Of a stretch of DNA of 64,000 bases, positions 59,101 to 64,000 are shown in pieces. Made by a program: the position numbers and the translations under genes. Every line of letters starts with the position of its first letter. Within the stretch, counting starts at the first letter, position 1. The DNA lies in the NCBI GenBank assembly GCA_020891255.1, contig BQFW01000015.1, positions 682,001 through 746,000 of the forward strand, read 5' to 3'. Under the pieces are notes generated by a model. That model did not search any database. It was not told the DNA's origin and worked only from the letters and a program-made list of their open reading frames with translations. This stretch comes from Entomortierella parvispora E1425 (Eukaryota; Fungi; Mortierellomycota).

Positions 59101-61805
59101 TCTATCTTCTTCGTCACTGTCTTCGGGAGTAAGCGACCCTTCCTTTTCACCCCCTTCACCCCTCCCTGTTATTGTTCCATCGTCACCTATCTGTTCACCA
59201 TCACCTTCTTCTCCATCCTTATCAGCACCGTTATCTTCGCAATCTTTGTCTTCTCAGTTTTCTTCTATTTCACCTTACTTTGTTGCAGCCCCTACCCTCC
59301 GCCGTCTCTTTCCTGACACCGCAACTACTGTCGGCTTAACCAATGTCTCGCGTTCAGTCTCTGCTAGTATAGATGCTAACAACAACTTTGTCGTTGACAC
59401 CCCGCCTACGACGTACTTGGCGCGACTGCCACCAGAGGCAGACGCGTTGTTGCGAGCTGAATCACGCTGGCTTGACGACGAGCTGACCTCACGGCTCAAT
59501 GCAGCCGACGTGGGCACTATTCCTGCCCGGACCAAGATCATTCAAGAGTTGCAGTCTGCAGTGGATAAGAGGCGTCAAGAACTTCAGGTCCATGCTGCCC
59601 GTTACCGCCGCCAACTAGCGAAGAACCCGCAAAGGTTAGCCGAGGCCATCAAAGCGGCCGAGAGTATTGCCAAGCGGGGGCTCCGAGTGTTGCAGGCTCG
59701 TGCTCAGATCCAGCTCGGACACATTGCAGATAGACTTGCTCACAAAATCCAGGACGCACACGACTACGCAGACAACAAACACCAACAACACCTGGAGGCG
59801 GCAGAAGAAAGGCAGCTTATCAGAGCCGAGTACATCTCCTGGGCTGCGGAGGAGCGGGACCAGGATGTGATCACCAACAGAGAACGTATTGGACGGCACC
59901 AACATCCACTTACGGTCACCATTGATCCAAGTGTTGTTCATACTCTTCACATTTCACCTCCTACTTTACCTCTCCCACAGCAAAACCACCTTGTCAAAGT
60001 AGGCCCGCTGTGGATGCCCCGAACCCAAGCCGAACTCTTACACCAGCTTCGTCAATCACCAATCACACAAGACCAGCGAGTCCTATACTCGGACGGCTCG
60101 ATGGTCCGAGCAGGTACTGAAGAGTGCGCTATGGCCTTTGGCGTGGCTGACTTTTCCACGGACACCTCTTACTCTATCCCTGGCCGCACAGATGGACAAG
60201 CCTCTTCTGGCAAAGCCGAGCTTATGGGACTTATTGCTGCGATCGTCGCCATGCCTCCAGGGCAAGACATTTTGGTCCGCCTCGACAATGAGGGTGTCGT
60301 TACTCAATATCACGACTTAGTCCTGGACCGGCACAAAACACTTCCACGAAAGCGACAACGGGCAACACATGCATGCCTCTGGGCAGTTTTGGCGACAGTG
60401 GTGGCAGAACGAGAGGGCCGGACAGCGGTGCAATGGGTTCGAGGACACAGTGGTGACAAGGGAAACGATATGGCTGACGCGATTGCTACCAACGCTGTCG
60501 AGCAGGACACGACACCATGGCATGCGGACTTCAGCACTCAAAACGACATTACCTTCACAGCCTCGTGCCACGGTCAACAACTGGAGTCAGATTTGCGGCA
60601 GTTTCTTAAACAGCAGACTACTATCCGTCGACATCAACAGTGGACAGCGCAGAAACGTGTCAAGCGATCTATTAGTGACTTGACCGACGTGGAGTGGCGA
60701 TCTGCTCTTTCGATCATCCACGACAAACGGCCAGTCCATACTTTCTTCAGCAGCCGCGGGGACACGTCTCGACGCACACAGCACATCAAAAAACTCCATG
60801 GGATGCTTCCGACACTCACAGTCATGCAGGCGCGACACCCAGATATGTACGCAGACGCACTCTGTTGCCTGTGTCGTGCAGCCCCAGAGGACAACGACCA
60901 TGTGTGGACTTGTCCAAACTCATACAATCAACAACAACTGATTTGGGCGGATGCGGTGGCTTCAATACCAAAGTGGGGCAGGGCCGCTATCAGGAAAGCC
61001 AATGAGGACGCTGACACCAGACATCGCAAGCAACAAGCCCGCACACCCAACGTTGCAGCCCCGAAACGACTCCAATGGTACCAACCATCGGACACGCTCT
61101 TGTGGGCATCACTTTACTCTGCTTTTCATGACTTGTCAGCCTTCCGACCCCCTGAGCAGGGACAGCTCAAAGCTCCGTTGGCATCGGCTTGTTCTGTCGT
61201 CACTGCTTACCAAGGACTGCTCCATTCGGCTCTGATCGAGGCCTGGAGGCCAATTATTAAAGGCCCTCGCTCTGTCGTGGTCGCCGTTGCTCATCAGTTT
61301 ATTCGTCGTCTGGACAGGGATGCCTTAGCTCGGCTCTGGAAGACGCGCTGCGAAGTGACTATTGCATGGGAGAAGACACAAGGTATCCGCCCCAAGATGA
61401 AGAAGCAAGCCCAGACTGGGCAACCGTGGAACAATGCCTCTGGTACGATCTTACCACCGGACACTTGCCAATGCGGAAAGCCTAACACCGACCACCATCA
61501 AGGCCTCTGCCCTGGTGCCCAAGACAATCCCACGCTGGCCGACCAGCGCTTACTGGCTTGTGTGCGTGGCCAGGTTCACTTATCGACATTAGAAAAGATG
61601 GGGAAGATCCATTTTTTGTAACATTCTACTCTTCTTTATTACACGGTGACGAGCCGTGGCATTTGTTGCGCGGGGATCCGGGGTCTTTGTTCGTCTGGAC
61701 CACGCGGCTTTGCTCAGGTTGTAGATAGTTTGGTATCGCACTTCACTTCTTTGGCTCGACATAGCAAATAAAATGTTGCAAAAAAAAAAAAAAAAAAAAA
61801 AAAAA
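56101..61805 (+). mobile_element. 5'-truncated non-LTR retrotransposon (LINE) with RT and RNase H
   Basis: Uninterrupted ~1,840-codon frame to 61621 with RT motifs (KAPGLSG, RPLTLLE, DIRRCFDSV, GLDQGG, AFVDD), RNase H (YSDGS, KAELMG, RLDNEG, VRGHSGDKGNDMAD) and C-terminal CCLC..DHVWTC. AATAAA at 61767, A26 at 61780-61805, 16-bp TSD. No APE endonuclease is present at the truncated 5' end. Confidence 0.95.
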
Positions 61806-61821
61806 TGAAGGCAACTGGTCA
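61806..61821 (+). repeat. 16-bp target-site duplication, right copy
   Basis: Identical to 56085-56100. Confidence 0.95.
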
Positions 61822-62385
61822 CTTCGGTCTAAAGCGCGTGCTGGCGGACACGACAGTAACTTTGGTAACTTTAACCGGGACAGGTTTGAAGTGACAAGGA
61901 TGAAGAGACTCCACAAGGCTGCGGACAAAGCTGTCTTAGATGAATACCAAGGAAGGTGCGTGTTGAACGTCATGGAAAGAACAGGGGGAGTGAAGTACTT
62001 TTTGGAAAAGGATCTCGGAAACTAGTGACGAACGAGCATGAAAGGCCACAGAGGGGACTGGACCTGGCCTTGCTGTAGCAAGCCAGAAGCTCCCGCCCTT
62101 TGGTCGCGGTGTTACGAAACCAGGGTGCATGGGCCGTCATAGACGGGTCGTGCAATGCAAAAGCATTTTATTTAGTCCGTTTCCCTTGGGTGGAGCAGAC
62201 GCACGAGCGTGTGTGTGCACTTATTTGTGATACTTCACTCTTCTTTATTACGCAGCGACGAGTCATGACATTTGTGGATTCAGAGTCGCAGGTCGTCTGG
62301 ACGCCGTTTTGCACAGGATATGCAGATAGTCTGAGCTTTTCTTTTTTTTTCTTTTTTTTTCTTTTTTTTGCGGCTCTACTATCAA

Positions 62386-64000
62386 TCAGAGAAGGAGGCA
62401 TGGCTGCTGTTCTCGCTCACGTTGCATACGAGCCCGATGCTGCTCTTCCTGGTGACGGACCTGTCCTTCCAAAATAACCTGGTTTCGTATCTGCTGGTTT
62501 CGCCTCTCTTGCTGGTTTCGCCTCTCTTGCTGGTTTCGCCTCTCTTGCTGGTTTCGCCTCTCTTGCTCTTGAGCCCAAATAAGCTGCCGATCGAAACCTT
62601 GATCTTGTGCGAGCATTGCCTGTATTGCAGCTCGTGCCTGTTCATTTTCTCGGTTCCGCACTTGTGCGTAAGTGAGTTGGTCGCGATCATAGAAACCTTC
62701 AAATTCTTGATCAGGCCTATTGCCTCCCGTCAATTCATGATTCGTGCCCCCAATAGTTGTTCCACACTCAGGGCAATTCCCTTCTAGGTAGGCCTGGCCA
62801 CAGTCCGCAATGACATACTAAGAGGAAAATGTGTTTACCATCAGTTCACGTAAAAAATCTGACGGTTCACATAAAATCGTAAAGCCTTGCTTACCGTATG
62901 ACCGTTAGAACACTGGTAAAAGTGACCTGCTCCTTGCATCGACACAGACATGGCCTGATGAATGCTCCACTTTTCATCCCTCGTTAGAGACTCACCGTAG
63001 CCTCTGATCACCCTTAAAGCTGACTCCAGTTTATCTTGCATTCCTTTGGATCTCCGGCGACATTCATCTCTGATCTCCACGGCTTTAGAGAGATAACCGT
63101 CTTCGAGGACATTCAAGAGGTTCCTGAACTCATATTGCAGGGTCTGTCCGTCCTTCATTCGTTTCTCTTTTGTGTTAAAGGTTCTTCTGTGTACCGACCT
63201 GTCTGCAGAATTTGTGTGGCAGCTTAGCCAGATCATAGACTCACAACACAGTTGCATTTTGTTTAACTGTCCATTCGCTGCCTTTCTCCAATGTCTACCT
63301 TCCACAGCCGTCTCGGTCTGCCTTTGCGCGAAAATCTTCGCGCAATGAATCACATCCTCTACCAACCAATACCAGCCGGATCTGGTGCCAGCTTTATCCA
63401 TGGCCCTGTTGACTAAATGCAAGATGATCAGGAACGTGTTTGTGATAGCCTCCAAGGAGTCCGGCACAGAGGGACCTCCATGACCTGCTGATTGGAGTCC
63501 ACACTCTTGGATGTGCCGTTGGATCTCAATCTGGACAGCTCCTTCATTGTCTACCATAAGCTCCTCGTTGTTGTAGTCCATTGTAGCATAAAGTCGATAA
63601 ACGTAGGAGACTACAGCCTCATGGAGAGTCTTGGTTGGAGCCGATATCCCCTTCTTGTAAATCTGTAGCATATCAAGCAGTGGCTGCCACAGGGGTATGA
63701 TCAATGTTTCCCACCTCTTTGCCTGGGCAAATGGGATACGGTACACCTCATCGATGTAGCGAAAATCGATATTTGGCAATAGATCCTTCTTTGCAGCAAA
63801 TTGACCTAATCGCCGAGATTTCTCTGGCGGATTCTGGAAACCACTCCAGTTGTTCAAAAATAATATGAACTTATCAGCGTTGCGTGCGACACCCTGTTGG
63901 GCCTGATCCAGTCTCTCCTGGACTTCGATCATCTCTTTTTCCTGAGAGGTCCGGAACTTTCGAATGCGTTCGGACAAAAATGAGTGCTTCACTTGACGGC
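62386..64000 (-). CDS. 3' part of a ZNFX1-like protein with an RZ-type zinc finger; the gene continues beyond the window
   Basis: Spliced across intron 62818-62893: GAGHFYQCSNGHT/YVIADCGQAYLEGNCPECGTTIGGTNH, ending in ...QQPCLLL*. The helicase core is not in the window, so ZNFX1 identity is inferred. Confidence 0.75.
62493..62564 (-). repeat. 18-bp coding tandem repeat x4 (ERRNQQ)
   Basis: gctggtttcgcctctctt repeated four times. Confidence 0.95.

Noticed and set aside
58544-59316. Antisense and alternate-frame ORFs rich in K/F/L inside the LINE
   Set aside because: They are by-products of low-complexity purine and pyrimidine tracts within the main ORF.

Overview
Eukaryotic DNA with short GT-AG introns, most consistent with an early-diverging fungus (Mortierellaceae/Mucoromycota-like; inference from gene content and intron style). 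The housekeeping backbone is a PH-domain gene, SEC3, an RNI-like LRR protein, a DUF2340 protein, SFP1, ERG25, RRN3, a Cof-type HAD hydrolase, GAL1, SWI5, a uridine-phosphorylase-family gene, a HAPSTR1/DUF4588-like Q-rich protein, tRNA-Val(AAC) and the 3' end of a ZNFX1-like RZ-finger gene. Between the convergent PH gene and SEC3 lies a ~19 kb island (about 4.8-24.0 kb) with three intron-containing Fanzor (eukaryotic TnpB-type RuvC) genes. Two are giant (~1,730-1,780 aa) divergent paralogues, A on - and B on +, arranged head-to-head around a truncated IS630/Tc1 transposase. The third, C (~1,420 aa), fuses an N-terminal XPG/FEN1/EXO1-family 5' nuclease domain to the Fanzor RuvC. A and B end in a ~120-nt stretch with four conserved hairpins, two with compensatory changes (candidate omega-RNA scaffold). 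In all three genes a terminal hairpin is followed by a GTAAGT splice donor. A has one apparent frameshift, B has one, and C has at least four lesions. A decayed second copy of the XPG-like family lies at ~38.8-40.5 kb. A young 5'-truncated RT-RNase H LINE (16-bp TSD, A26 tail) sits ~94 bp upstream of the tRNA-Val gene.
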